Shown here: positions 11,782-24,399 of the stretch, piece by piece | Layout of the letters: each line of letters begins with the position of its first letter | Numbering within the stretch: position 1 is the first letter of the stretch | Source of the DNA: Albugo candida | Taxonomy: Eukaryota | DNA: 64,000 nucleotides | NCBI GenBank assembly: GCA_040437565.1 | Contig: JBDOQK010000008.1 | Coordinates: forward strand, 434,001-498,000 | Direction: 5' to 3' | Position numbers and translations under genes: made by a program | Notes under the pieces: generated by a model | Seen by the model: the letters and a program-made list of their open reading frames with translations, nothing else | What the model was told of the DNA's origin: nothing | The model's database searches: none

Positions 11782-13121
11782 ATGCCGTCTGATATTCAGC
11801 GATATGGCGATGCCGGCGTACATACCGTCGAAGGGAATCTTGCGGGGAGCAGAGCCGCACGATTGACGAAAGAACGTGAGGAACAACGAAAGGATTATGA
11901 GTGCAAGAAGCAGGAGATAACTGATATGCATTTCCGTGCGTCACGTATTGAAAAACGTTTTGAAACCTTCCACGACTTGGAAGATGCTGAATTCAAGGTA
12001 TCTGCCGATTAATAACGTCAACGGACGTAACTTAAGTGATTATGATAGCGCCAGACGGTTGGACTCGTCAGTGCTGAAGACTTTCGCAGGAAACGCGAAA
12101 TTCTGCAATCGCGTCGATCCGATGTCCTTGCGAGTGCTAGTCAGAGCACTCCGGTACCATCGGAGAGGAAGAATGCTTGCAAGAGGAAGCCGAAAGCATC
12201 GGCTTTACTTTCATTTTCATTAGAAGAAGATATGGATGAAGATGAACAACCAGAAGTGGCTGTAGAGGAAGGAAGAAAGAAGAGATTGATGAGAAAAAAT
12301 CCATTTGTTGAAACGAGCTTCCTTCCAGATAAAGAGAGAGAGCTCCAAGAAGAACTCGAGCGAAAGAAACTGCAGGAGGAATGGGAACAAGAACAAAATC
12401 GGATTAAAAGTAATCTGGAAATATGGTTTGCTGAATGGCTCTGTAACTCGTGTGCGCAGATGAAAACGTGACCGTAACATACAGTTATTGGAATGGATCT
12501 GGTCATCGCCGAGAGATAACAGTTCGTACAGCTACTTCATTATTAATCGCTTCCTCTCATTCTGGATCAAGATTCCGAAGAAGACCACGATCGCAAAATA
12601 TTTGGAGCTGGTGAAGCAGGAGCTCGCACAGGAATTCAGCGAACTTCGCGGTGTCAGCTCCGAAAATCTGTTATATGTGAAGGAAGATTTGATTATACCG
12701 CATGTGAGTGAATCTATCGTACTAACGTGCGTGTGCGCTGATCGATTATAGCTACACAGCATTTTTCTTTTTACGACTTGATCGTTACCAAAGCGCGCGG
12801 AAAAAGCGGACCACTTTTCCATTTCGACGTACACGAAGATGTTCGACTTATTAACGACGCTCGGATTGAGAAGGATGAGGTACGTTATATCGTATCATCA
12901 GGTTCGTTTGGTCGCTTCAAACAAATTTCATGTCATCAAGTCGCATCCTGGAAAAGTTGTGGAGCGACACTGGTACGAGAAAAACAAGCACATTTTCCCA
13001 GCGAGTCGGTGGGAGATGGTATGCACTGCATTTTTTGTGATACATACGCAATCACGTTGAATTGTTATTTTCTGCGCAGTACGATCCGATGATAAAGAGG
13101 GAAAAGTATACAATTCATTGA
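11782..13121 (+). CDS. FAM50: FAM50/XAP5 (XAP5 circadian timekeeper) spliceosome-associated protein, multi-exon
   Basis: [82 protein letters not shown], ending YDP...YTIH*. Confidence 0.95.
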
Positions 13122-13332
13122 TAATCATCAACATTCAATAAGGCTCATTTCGTANNNNNNNNNNNNNNNNNNNNNNNNNNNNNNNNNNNNNNNNNNNNNN
13201 NNNNNNNNNNNNNNNNNNNNNNNNNNNNNNNNNNNNNNNNNNNNNNNNNNNNNNATCAACATTCAATAAGGCTCATTTCGTAAAATATAATGTGTTGTTT
13301 TGATCAAGACACTATTTTAGTGCAAGGGCATT

Positions 13333-14193
13333 ATGCCATCGACGACAGGAAGAATGCGCATGCCACATAATAATCGAATGCACAGCAGTCTGACGCTGAA
13401 AATGACTGGAATGTGGAAAAATACAATCGGATACGATCCTTATGCTGCCTCGGTACCTTTATATCAGTGATCTGCTGCTTTTATCTTCTTAAATGATCGC
13501 GATAGGACGAAGGAGTTCAAGACAGCGAACTGGCTCAGGATCAAGCAAAAGGGCTCATGGCACTGGCAAAACTATCGAATCAAAATGTAATGCGCATTGA
13601 GTAGCCGTCAAGAGTTGTACAAAGCTGAAATAGAGGCATTTTGCGTAGACACAAAGTCGTGGAGCTTGTAAAAAGGTAAGGAATTCAAAGAGAGAGATGA
13701 GCGATTTGAAGAGTAATTTCTATTCAGTGCGGTATGATCGGTCATCTGACGTACCAATGTCGCAATCATCTACTGGATCAGCCAAAAGCAGTTTCCGTCA
13801 GTTCCTTTGCTTATTAGTTATTTCGAGAGTTTTTGTCTCTTACAAAGTATGCAGGAATCAAGCGATGATTCTGATTCGGAAAGCGAGGAGAGTTCAAGCA
13901 GAAGCCCATCAATTGAAAGTTCTCGTCATGCAAAGGGTAAAAGGAAAAGGTCTAGTCATCACAAAAAGAACACTTTGAAAACGAAAGAGATTCGATCATT
14001 CAAGGCGTCTAAAGATCGAAGGCGGATAGATCGAAGGCATACAGACTCCGATTCTGACACCGCGGGTGCAAGCTCTCACCGAAAACGCCGTCGTCGTGAC
14101 TCTGATGACATTAGCAGGAAGAAGCAATCAAAACAACGAAAGTCGTCAAATACTAAGAAACGAAAACATCGACATCAATCGAGAGACATATAA
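13333..14193 (+). CDS. CXIP4: CAX-interacting protein 4-like zinc-knuckle protein with Ser/Arg/Lys-rich tail, multi-exon
   Basis: N-terminus MPSTTGRMRMPHNNRMHSS...IGYDPYA matches the CXIP4 family pattern. The spliced RGACKKCGMIGHLTYQCRN is a CCHC knuckle. Confidence 0.85.
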
Positions 14194-14631
14194 CTTCTGG
14201 CTGAAATTTACGTGAGAATATGATTACATTTCTTCACTTAGGATGAGATTTGACTGCCAAATGTACAGTTCATTAAGGATGGTGGTTCAAGAGTCCTCGT
14301 CATATCAGAAAGGATTCTGTATACATCACACCCTAGCATTTTCAAAGACGATGTCGACGTTGCAGACTATAAGAGAATACTATTGCTATCGACAGTCCAC
14401 TCCACAGCGACTTCATGCAGCTGTCAAAGCGTACACCCGAGTCTCGTTATAGAATGTCATTAGTTAGCGCGGTAGAAAGCATCCCATAGTAGCACTCACA
14501 CATTACGGAACTTATTTATCGAGTTCGTTCTGTGCTTCCACCAGTACTTCGTTCTCACTGATCGCTTCATTCTGACATCCAAATCCATCAATAAATCGTA
14601 AATTAAGCTTTCCAAAGCAATAAGCCACATG

Positions 14632-17202
14632 CTATTTTTTATTGAGTCCGACCGAAAGAAGTAATGGGAAATTCAGACGACGCGGTATAAACCATGAAAG
14701 TAAAACCAATACGCTCAGTGCGAGTGCCAATGCAAAATATAACGCATTGGTATCGAATGGGAATGGATACCCCAAATACGCAAAGGCTGCAAATAGCGCA
14801 GGCGCTCCACTACCGCCCAATACGATGGCCCCATAACTGATCACGTGAGTCAGACGATACACCATCAATCGGCGATCTGCTGGTATGGAATGATCCAACA
14901 GCGTTGAGAGCGCCGATTGTGCGATTGCGCCAGTCAAATGCTTTCCCAACATAATCAAAATCACCAAAAGTGGGGTCATGGCCACATGATTGATATCGAG
15001 AATGGCAAGCAATGGGAAACAACACATTATGGGAATCTGCATCATTAAACCCAGTCGAAGTATGGCTAACGGTGTCATGATTCCTGTTGAGAGGCATCGG
15101 CCAAGAAGTATGCGGCACAGACCGACCAGGAGCGGAGTAAGCGTCATGCAAATGGTCACCATCAGCACTGGAGAAGTAATTGGATCGATCTTGCTCGGAT
15201 GGGAAGAAACTTTAGTGAGAAATGTGACCGAGACGGATTGAATTGATAGACTTTCTTTCTGGTTTTTGATAAACCATAACGGAAGAACGTCGTCAAATCC
15301 AGCTTGCAGCGAGAACCACACACCTGTCAAAATAAGAATCAAACCAGCATTAGGATTTTGCCGAGATACAAGACGGCAAAGGTCGAAATCAGTCGGTCGT
15401 GAGAATGGTCGGGATGAGAATGAAACCCGTGCTTCTACTTTACGTTTGAAAACATCATCCATGAAACGTTCTGGCTTCTTGGACAATAGTCCTTTTCGAG
15501 ATTGTTTGCCGGCGTCGACGTCAATTGCAATCGCATGTTGTATCTCCGACGTTACGACATCACACTCTTGCTCGATATTTTGTAGACCGTACTCGTTACA
15601 GTCAAAAAACGCTTCTTCATCGCTGTCCTGCTCGTCCAAATAACCTTCAGATGCCAACAACCGGTTGTGTCTACCGATGATTTCCTTGGTCTTTTCGAGA
15701 GACCCTGTCGTTTGCATCCAAAACAAAGCAAAATCACTCTCCAAATCACTTTGACCAAGTTCGACTGTATCTTTTCCACCGTATTTTGCAGGAAGCGCAT
15801 GTATTCCGACCCATTTTAGCAGTTCTTGCTTCGTCAAGTCTTTTGTAATAATATTCATTTTTTTCAGCGTACTGGCAGCCACATGAAGACGCACTTGTGC
15901 CACGACTTTAGCGTTGAACCATACCGGAGCATTTATTACTAAAAGCTTGTACAATATTCCTGGGAAAAGCTGCTGAAGAGTTTTGGATATCATAGGCACC
16001 GCTTCCATGGGCCATCCTTCTGTATCGAGCAAAGTCAGTCCATTCAAGTCGATTATGTACACAATGTGCTTAGTATTGCGACGCAATTTAAGCAAAGCGT
16101 ACTCGATAAAATATCGATAGTGAGCACAGAGATCCAGCGTCGAAAATCCAGAAGACAGAAGCTTCTCACTCTTAATCTGACCAACGCAATCCCACAACAC
16201 TACATGTCCGTCCTTGGTGTACCCTTGATAATAATGAGGAATAATGCTTCGAATCGTCTCAAAATGTGGGTTTGGTTGCCAAATCACACTTTCCTGATAC
16301 GATTCAGGTGCATTTTGACGGCCCAATACATTCTTGCCGGCATGTTGCGTATGATCTTCCAATATTTGCGTCTTTCTATTGCTATTGTTTGCTTTGTCAT
16401 TCGCTTCATTAAGACTTGAGTTCGTGAACTTTGGCTTCTCCAAAGATACAGACTCTGACTCGAAATGAAAGTCGTCTCGTGAGGCTACTGGGATATATGC
16501 TGCCGTTGTATGGTTAGTGTTCAACTGCAATCCAACCATTGTAATAACAACAACGGACCACGCAGCCATAGACACCAAAGTGAACGGGTAGTAATAGAGC
16601 TTCATCTGCAATTTATCGGCTTGCGAGCGAGTCAAAACGTCATGCTCCACCGTCAGTTCAAACCCCCCCAATACCGTCACATATGTCATCAGAGCCCCCA
16701 GAAATATTCCAACATATCCGCTGATTGTGGCCAAATGCGACTGCCGATTTCTATGGTTCCAAATAAAGCATCAATATAATAGAGTCACATCGATTTAAGC
16801 ATACCCGCAAATTTCATCTATTTCAGTCAAAGCACTTGGAATCACACCCGTAAATATTCCCGTGACGATGCGGGTGAAGACAACTTGTACAAACGATTGA
16901 CAAAGGAGTAAGCCAAAAAATCCCAAACCGATACTCGCCAAGCCAAATAAAATGATCCCTTTGCTGTATAGTGTGATCCGCGAGTACTTGATCCAAACCG
17001 GACTGCTTAGCAAGTGGCCGATATAACTCGCAAATGATAAAATAGCGGTATACATTCCAAGAAGAGTGTACAAAGTATCAGGATAGAAATGGAAGACGAT
17101 CAATGGGCTGCATAAAAAGAAGACGGTGTGTGATATGTGTTCCATCACGACACATCCCATTAGAAATAAAAGGCGGCCATTGTATTCCTGACACCAGCTC
17201 AT
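14632..17202 (-). CDS. MFS-fold 12-TM membrane protein with a CRAL-TRIO (Sec14) domain inserted in the central loop
   Basis: Two exons (ORFs 16795-17202 and 14632-16734 joined by a GTATGC...TAG intron). Six hydrophobic helices precede and six follow a Sec14-like segment (PHYYQGYTKDGHVVLWDCVG...IIDLNGL...QQLFPGILYKLLVINAP...LPAKYGG). Confidence 0.85.
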
Positions 17203-17447
17203 TGATTCTCTGCGAGGTATGACGGTACAGCTATTAATGCATAGAGAATTGTTCGATATTAATGACTCTGATTGAGTAGAGGAGAAACGTAGCAGTTATC
17301 TCGGGGAAGAATTCAGAGTCAGAAAATAACGCACGCTTTGCTGGCTCTCACTCACTGCAAACGTGTCGATCATGTCTCAATAATTTTATCTTGCTCACGA
17401 AACAGTTATGTATTATCGCGTTCCTGCTACGCTACAGCTGTAACTTC

Positions 17448-20281
17448 CTAGAAAAGGTTGACCTCTTTTTTCTTTGCTTGTTGTTTCCATTTAGGAAGTT
17501 TGATGTAATCTGCTCTGGATACTTGAAACACTTTCTTAAATTCTTCTTCGGAAAGGTACGACTAGGAAAAGAAAAGAGAAGTTAACCACAGTCAGTCAAA
17601 CCACAATTGCTTACCTCGCGAGCAGTCAGATCGATGTTGTCCACCCCCGCTAAAAGTTGCTCGTAAGAATACGACGATTTTACAGTCTCATTCCGATCTC
17701 CAGAAGAGCTTTTTTGGGTAAGATCGGCCGCTTCCATACTTAAGTTCGGTTCTCCGGACGCTTGACCCTTTGTGGAGACATCATTTGCCTCCTCGTTCTT
17801 CTCACCTGAGACCTTTTCCTTGTCTCCTGAGACGTTCCCCTTGTCTGTTGAGACTACTTCCTTTTTAGCAAATACCATTTCTTTTTCTGCGAGAAGCGTT
17901 TCCTTTTCTGCAGTCAGCTTTTCTTTTTCTGCAGCGAGTAATTTCAATTTAGTTTGATATGGGTCTATGAAATCGTCTTGCTGAAAATACTGGTCGTCCC
18001 ACGCTAAAAAGTGGCCTTTGAATGTAAGGGGCTCACAGCCGCAATGTGTGGCGATTACAGGAATGTCGTCCCCGCGCCCATCGCTCTGTACCGTCTGCAA
18101 ATATCTGTCAGCCAAAATGTAAGTATTTTGGACTTCTCCTCTATTCGCATTTTTCCCAATCCAAATGTACAGAGCCGCATACGTGTCCAAAAGAAATACA
18201 TCGTCTTGTGTCAAATCATCCTGCGCAAATTCGACGATTTCTGTGACGTCGAAATTCCCACAAACATTTGTACAGTGAAATAGACGGGAAGGACGTGGAC
18301 GATCGAATGTGAATGTAGCATTTGTAGGAGCAGCCTGACCGCCTAAAAGATCCCAAAACTCGTCTGATTCCTCGTTTTCATTGATCATTGTGATCTCTTC
18401 AGTTTTTTGCATATGCTTTGCTATAGTGCAAGAGACTTGAAACTCCAATTCTGTACTTCCACTTCCTCGCCACACAAATATTTGCTCTATTGATTTCGCA
18501 ATAAAACAATCGCCACAGTAGAGATTGGAGGCTTTGGGTTCGACTTCTGTTGCCATTATGTTTGCCTCAGTGGTTCCTCGTACATGGAAAAGCAGAACAT
18601 CCTGTGTACTGATGTCACTTTCCAACACGTCTCGGACTTTTCCACCCTTCCTGACAATCATTCGACCTTGAAATAATCGACGGAAATCGCTCGGTTCTTT
18701 CCCTTGGACCACACGGATCAAAGCTGATGTATTTCTCAATTCTTCTCCGAGTTGAAATGCGATCATTGCGGAAGCCGCTTTTTCATCAGTTGAGGACTGA
18801 CGACCTTGCCAAAAGTAAATCAAGCTCTTAAGTGATTGTGAGCCGTGTGTGGTCGAAGTTGGCATTCCTGAACACAGTATCACGTAGCTATCACCCCCAT
18901 AGAAAACACCGTGGAATTCGCGTGGGATCTCTACTTTCTCCAGATCCTCTATGCGCCAAACTTTCAGCTCAATATCAGCACCGATTTTAGATTCGCCTTC
19001 GTGTTGTTCTTTGGAAGAAAGAGAATGTCCTCCATTGACCAACAACACGACGTCTACGTCATGTCCACTTGCTTTCTTTGACAAAGTTGCAGGCTTTTGG
19101 GTTTCAGTACCGGTAGAGTGTGAATCCCAGCTTTTGAATAAACTTTTAAAAAGTACTGATTCCGCTTCTTCCACTACCCGAGTGATTGGAATCTGACTTG
19201 AATGTTTCCTGTCTCCGCGAAGAAATTGCATCGCAATCACCATCGACTTCTTCCTTGTATCGATCGAGACGCCATGACCTACCCAGACATACAGAATTGA
19301 AGCAGTGTCCACCAAGTAGATGTTTTCTTTCTGTAACAAAGCCTTTGTCAGAATGCCGTTCTGAGTCGTCTCGTTAATAAATTTGACATCGTCTTCTGAG
19401 CTGACCAGCACACGGTAGAACTTCGTACTAGTCTTAGTAGCCTCGCTGAATTTTTCGTCAGTTTGTTTTGGAACCGCACCACTCACATCGATGTAACCTC
19501 CCAACGAGCTCCAAAATGTCTCATTGTCTGGTTCATCATCCAAAAGAGTAATTTGACTTTTCCCTCCCCTTTCTTCACTCCGAAGCCTGAGTATGAAATC
19601 CAACCCTTTTGCCTTTTCAACAATACTCGCTTCTCGTCCATTGTATAAAAACAGCTCGTCGTACATATCAAGAACGTACACATCATTGCAGTTTAAGGAG
19701 GTATTCTTCACAGGCACTTCGCAGATCCGAACCACATGCTTCCCCTTGATTTGATACAGCTTGGATGTTTTGTCGGCATCTTTTACAGAAGCAACAGGGA
19801 CCAATCCACTCGAAACTCCTCCAGGCAAATACACAAGCGAGCCCGCTTCTTTAAAGTACGAAAGGAAGAGAGGCTACAATTGAAAATAAAAATGTAAACA
19901 ACTTCAACTAAACAATCTGATTCAGGTCTACCGATTCTCGTCCTTGACACTCACGATACTCCACAGGTGAGCCATCCAGCGCATCATCTAATTCAACGCT
20001 TTTGTAGGCAGCAACAAACTGTTCATCAGTAGAAGTCTTATTTCCAAGCCAAAAGTGTATATTCCATGAGAATCCACTACATTTTTTAATTATAAGCGGT
20101 ATTCTGCCTAATTGGTATTCTACCTCTTATGCTGATTTGTTTTCAGAAAAATGTAGCTATCGCCCGTACAGAGTCTGTTGATGAGCTCATAGGGGATCTC
20201 TACTAGTTTCATTTTTTCCACTCTCCATGCTCTCAGTCCTATTTCCTTCCCAGCATCGGTGAACGCAGCGTCGATAGACAT
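17448..20281 (-). CDS. VIL: Villin (gelsolin repeats plus villin headpiece), multi-exon
   Basis: Gelsolin repeats (GLRAWRVE, GDSYIFL, FWLGNKTSTDE, VWRIE, FYGGDSYV, FAQDDL). The last exon encodes the headpiece YLSEEEFKKVF...LPKWKQQAKKKEVNLF*. Confidence 0.93.
17795..17932 (-). repeat. Degenerate 21-bp (7-aa) tandem repeat in the villin linker
   Basis: AEKEKLT AEKETLL AEKEMVF AKKEVVS TDKGNVS GDKEKVS GEK, visible in both DNA and protein. Confidence 0.7.
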
Positions 20282-20352
20282 CTTGGATTTCAATGCCACA
20301 GATTTTGTTTGATTAGGAGAGATATAAAGGAGACAAATACGTTTATTACAAA

Positions 20353-21407
20353 TCAGACCATACCGGTAGTGTTATGATACTCTCGAATAGCAGAAGGAGC
20401 TATTAAGGAGAATGGCGAGACAAGCACATCAAATGCTTCTTCTTCGCTCCGTTTGGGTTGAGATGTTTTGCTTATGGTATGTAAAACGCCACTCACACTA
20501 CCAAGTGGAGCATCAATGTCGACACCGCTTGCATACTGGAACGTCTGACCAGGATAAAGGATTGGAGTGCACCCAACAATTCCAGGAGATCCACGAGGAA
20601 GCACATTCCGCTGACCAGATGCACTATTGAATGTATATTGCCTTCCAAGTATTTGATACGGACACTCCTTGTCTGCAGAGATATCAAGGTCAAATTGGAA
20701 TTCCACAAACGATTTCGACGTACTGTTATTTGTGATTGTTATTCGATATGTAAATCGATACAAGTTCGGAGTCTCTGGTGAAGCATCATCTACATATTGA
20801 CTAGTGGCTTCCACGCGGATACCGTTTGTGACCGAGACTACATCAGGCTCAATTTAACAACAAAGCTTTCGGACGTCCGTATAGCCATAAGCCATACCAC
20901 TAGAGCATTTTGCGAGTAAAAGCTGGTCTGAAACTTCCTGTAGCGCGCTAACAATGCCATCTTAAAATTCGATCAATCATCATTGAACCAGTACGCTTTT
21001 ACCGTATCGCCTCGTCTAGCTTTAAAGCGATCAGCTACGGCCCATTTTAGAATCGTGTAATAGGAATACCGGAAATATTAGATGAGCTCATTTACATTAG
21101 TATCGCTGATATGCGCATTTTGCCTGAATCCCTGGCGAATCATTTCGTATATTCTATTGGCTATGATTGATCCATCATCAACTTGCTCGATATCGTGGAA
21201 TTTCTTCTTCTTTGACGCAAAGATGTCTTCCAGACCCTGAAAATCTTCAAAGCGTTTTTTTCTATTGTCTCTTGGCGCATTCAGGAAATCGCCTTTGCCC
21301 CACTGCTCAGTCTGTAGTGGTGCACGTAATGTAAAATGCGGTGTATTTTTGAAAAGTGCTGCATCTCGCAGTAAGCACTTGTAGATAGAAATGACAGAGT
21401 TTCTCAT
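20353..21407 (-). CDS. ApaG-domain protein with N-terminal LYR-like segment, multi-exon
   Basis: C-terminal ApaG signature (YRFTYRITITN...QILGRQYTF...GIVGCTPILYPGQTFQYASG). The N-terminus VISIYKCLLRDA...IRQGFRQN resembles LYR-motif proteins. The start abuts an N gap. Confidence 0.75.
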
Positions 21408-21508
21408 ANNNNNNNNNNNNNNNNNNNNNNNNNNNNNNNNNNNNNNNNNNNNNNNNNNNNNNNNNNNNNNNNNNNNNNNNNNNNNNNNNNNNNNNNNNNN
21501 NNNNNNNN

Positions 21509-22533
21509 ATTTTCGGAAAAAACATTATACTCGACAAGGACTCTGTGCGTGTCACTTTTGTAATATGTACATGCTTTTGGATCTGGGAGGTAAATAATCT
21601 CGATGAAGGCTGCCATATTTTGATATATTTTAGCTTGAAGCGGTTAGCCTCCATGATCGCAGCGTAAAGGAGTTGCACAACTTGTTCATGTTCGCAATCC
21701 ATTCGTGTCCGTAGTACATAAAGGGTTGCTTCTTTGAAATCTAAAGCCCACACGATAAATGCGTCAGCATTTATTCGATACCCGCATGCTAATTGACTTT
21801 GAGGATGGAGCGCTCTTGATTCTGCGTAGTACTGCCCAATGCAAAACTGCCATTCAATTGAGTCAAATGTAGGAATGGTTAGAAATACGTCTTGACTGAA
21901 AAGAGCTTCGTCGTCGAGAAGCTGTCGTTCAATGCGTTCAGCATCTTCACGAAGAAGAATATCAAGCTGTTTATCCAGGAAAAGCATATTTTTTTCATCA
22001 ATGCCGGACTTAACGGGAATGTCCATTGAGTCCAAGCAAATGACGGCTGACTCGGACGGATATGCTTTCCAACCGAGCTTGGTGTAGTAACTCGACCCAA
22101 TATCTGAATAAAGCGCGGACGCAATTGCCTTTGGACGAGATGCGAGAACTTTGGCAACTTGCTGTAAGAAATGAGTAGCATACCCACATTTACGATAGGC
22201 TGGTAATGTGAACACAGAAGCGATGTGATACGAATATCCACGCCTAATTTGTTGGCTTTCAGATGACTTCAGCATACAATCAAAACGATGTACTTCACAG
22301 TGACAGATAATGTTCATCTTAGAGCCATTTTCCTCTGTATTATTCGCTAAAAGCCCAAAAAAGATCGACTTATCGCGAGAAAATCGAGTGGATCGTTGTA
22401 TCTTTTCCTTTATTTGGTATTCTTCCTGGCTCCAAAAAGGCTGTCCCCACTCCTGGTAATCGTTGATCTTGCACTGAACCTTGGCTTCCTCGGAACTTAG
22501 CTCCACAAAGCGAGCTTGCTCGAATTTCAGCAT
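21509..22533 (-). CDS. GNAT-family N-acetyltransferase (LYC1-like), 3' end lost in gap
   Basis: IASVFTLPAYRKCGYA acetyl-CoA-binding motif A and SALYSDIGSSYYTKLGW. The ORF runs into the N gap at 21409-21508. Confidence 0.8.
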
Positions 22534-22674
22534 ATTGCTTTCCAAATCGCGACTATAAATTTGCGTGTGATACATCAAATTTATTGTACGCGCACTGCTC
22601 TCGTGATATCCCTCGACTGATAAGAAGGCACAAACAAATAGTACAGCAGCTCGACTGTGACTTATTTTCCATTC

Positions 22675-23870
22675 CTAATGTTCCTCTCTACTTTTACTCG
22701 TATTTTCTACGACTTGAGCGACGATCACAGTGATATCATCTGGTTTAAGATTATGTCGAATGGCTGCGTCAACAATACCTCTAGCAGCGTTCTCGACATC
22801 ATTTTGCACAATGTCTATGAGAGAACATACTTCTGTATGCCAGTACTTCTGGAACGCTTTGACAGGCTAAAAAATTTGCAATTAGTTTCAGAATCAAGCA
22901 TAATGACGCCTTGCAAGTTTTACCGAATCACTGCGAGTAGCTGCGTTCAAATCAGCCGCGAAATTATCCCAGACTCCGTCAGTTGCTAACACGATGACAT
23001 CACCCACCTTTAGCTCGATGCTACCCAGCTTTGCCTGCACATCAATTGCATTTGAGCTTCAGTTCATTGCCAAATCAACAAGAATGATAAGCTTACATCT
23101 CGCGGATGGTTCTCAATCGCCCCGTATTCTTTGAACTGTGGTGGAACTTTGGCAAGCTGATAAGGTGCTCGGCCATAATACTGAAATTCACTTTGAAACA
23201 CAATTGAACCATCCCGTATCACAACAAATCCAGAGTCTCCGAGATTCGCATACGCTAATACTGGAACAGCTTTATCGCTTGTTTTGGAGTGTACTGAACT
23301 GATTTGCAATATACACGCAGTCGTGCTTCCTGCCTCAACCGTGGGATCGTTCAGCATCTGCTGAAAAGCATATTGAAGAGTCTGAAATGGTGATTGCCCA
23401 CGTTTCTGGATAAAGTCGTTCGCATTACGCATCAAGCTTCGTGAAACTTGTCCTGGGTCGACTCCATTCTCATTCCATCCGCCAACACCATCCGCAACTC
23501 CAATAAATGTATCGGCTGCAAAATAAGAGTCTTCGCCACAATTACTGGGATCTACCGCCATTTTCTTCACGCAGTCTTTTGCACTTGCCTTTTTATTTTT
23601 TCCCTGACAAGCTACACGAGCTCTAAGAACGAATTCTGGTATCTTGGTGTTTTCGTTGCCTGTAATTTCAGACGAGTCATTCCATTGATGGAAACCGCGA
23701 ATCCAAGACCGAGGCGATAAAAAAGAATAACTTGAAGCTTCAGAAGTATCTCTTTTAGAGCTTGTGTGCAAGAATCGCTTATTGAACAAAACTGTCTGTT
23801 GTTTGTGATACGGAAGCGATTTCGACACAGAGCATGTCGCTGCTTTCGTCAAGCGAATCGTTCGATGCAT
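22675..23870 (-). CDS. PTC7: PP2C-family phosphatase PTC7 homolog, probably mitochondrial, multi-exon
   Basis: GEDSYF, GVADGVGGW, GSTTAC, NLGDSGF, PYQLA, and in later exons ATDGVWDN and KPDDITV. The Arg/Ser/Thr-rich N-terminus resembles a transit peptide. Confidence 0.9.
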
Positions 23871-23963
23871 TACCGTAATTGTACTTTCACCAATCAAACG
23901 CTTTGCAATGACATCCGACACAAATTGATTGGTTTACACTTTTCAGTTCGGTAAGCATCAAAT

Positions 23964-24346
23964 ATGTCGTGGAAGAAGCATAAGAAAATCCTGGCAATGA
24001 CCAAAGGGTATCGCGGTCGGGCCAATTCATGTTACACAGTCGCAATCAATCGTTTGGAAAAGGCATTACAATACCAGTATCGTGACCGTAAGCAGAAAAA
24101 GCGGGTAAGAGAAACTTTGAATGAAGCGTGCTTGTGTACTTAGCGGATTGACTCAACTAGGATATGCGTACAATGTGGATCCAGCAAATCAACGCAGGCT
24201 CACGACAGGAAGGAATGTCTTATTCTAAGCTGATTCCTCGATTGAATGCATCAAACATTGAGTTAAATCGCAAAGTGCTAGCGGATTTGGCGGCTACAGA
24301 GCCTTTCAGTTTTAAATCACTGATGGAGATTGTCAAGACGATGTAG
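23964..24346 (+). CDS. MRPL20: Mitochondrial ribosomal protein bL20, two exons
   Basis: [15 protein letters not shown]...[14 protein letters not shown], then a GTAAG...TAG intron, then [15 protein letters not shown]...[10 protein letters not shown]. Confidence 0.93.
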
Positions 24347-24399
24347 GAAATATGGGTCAGACGTATAACATGGATTATCATAGGATACTTTTCCATTGC

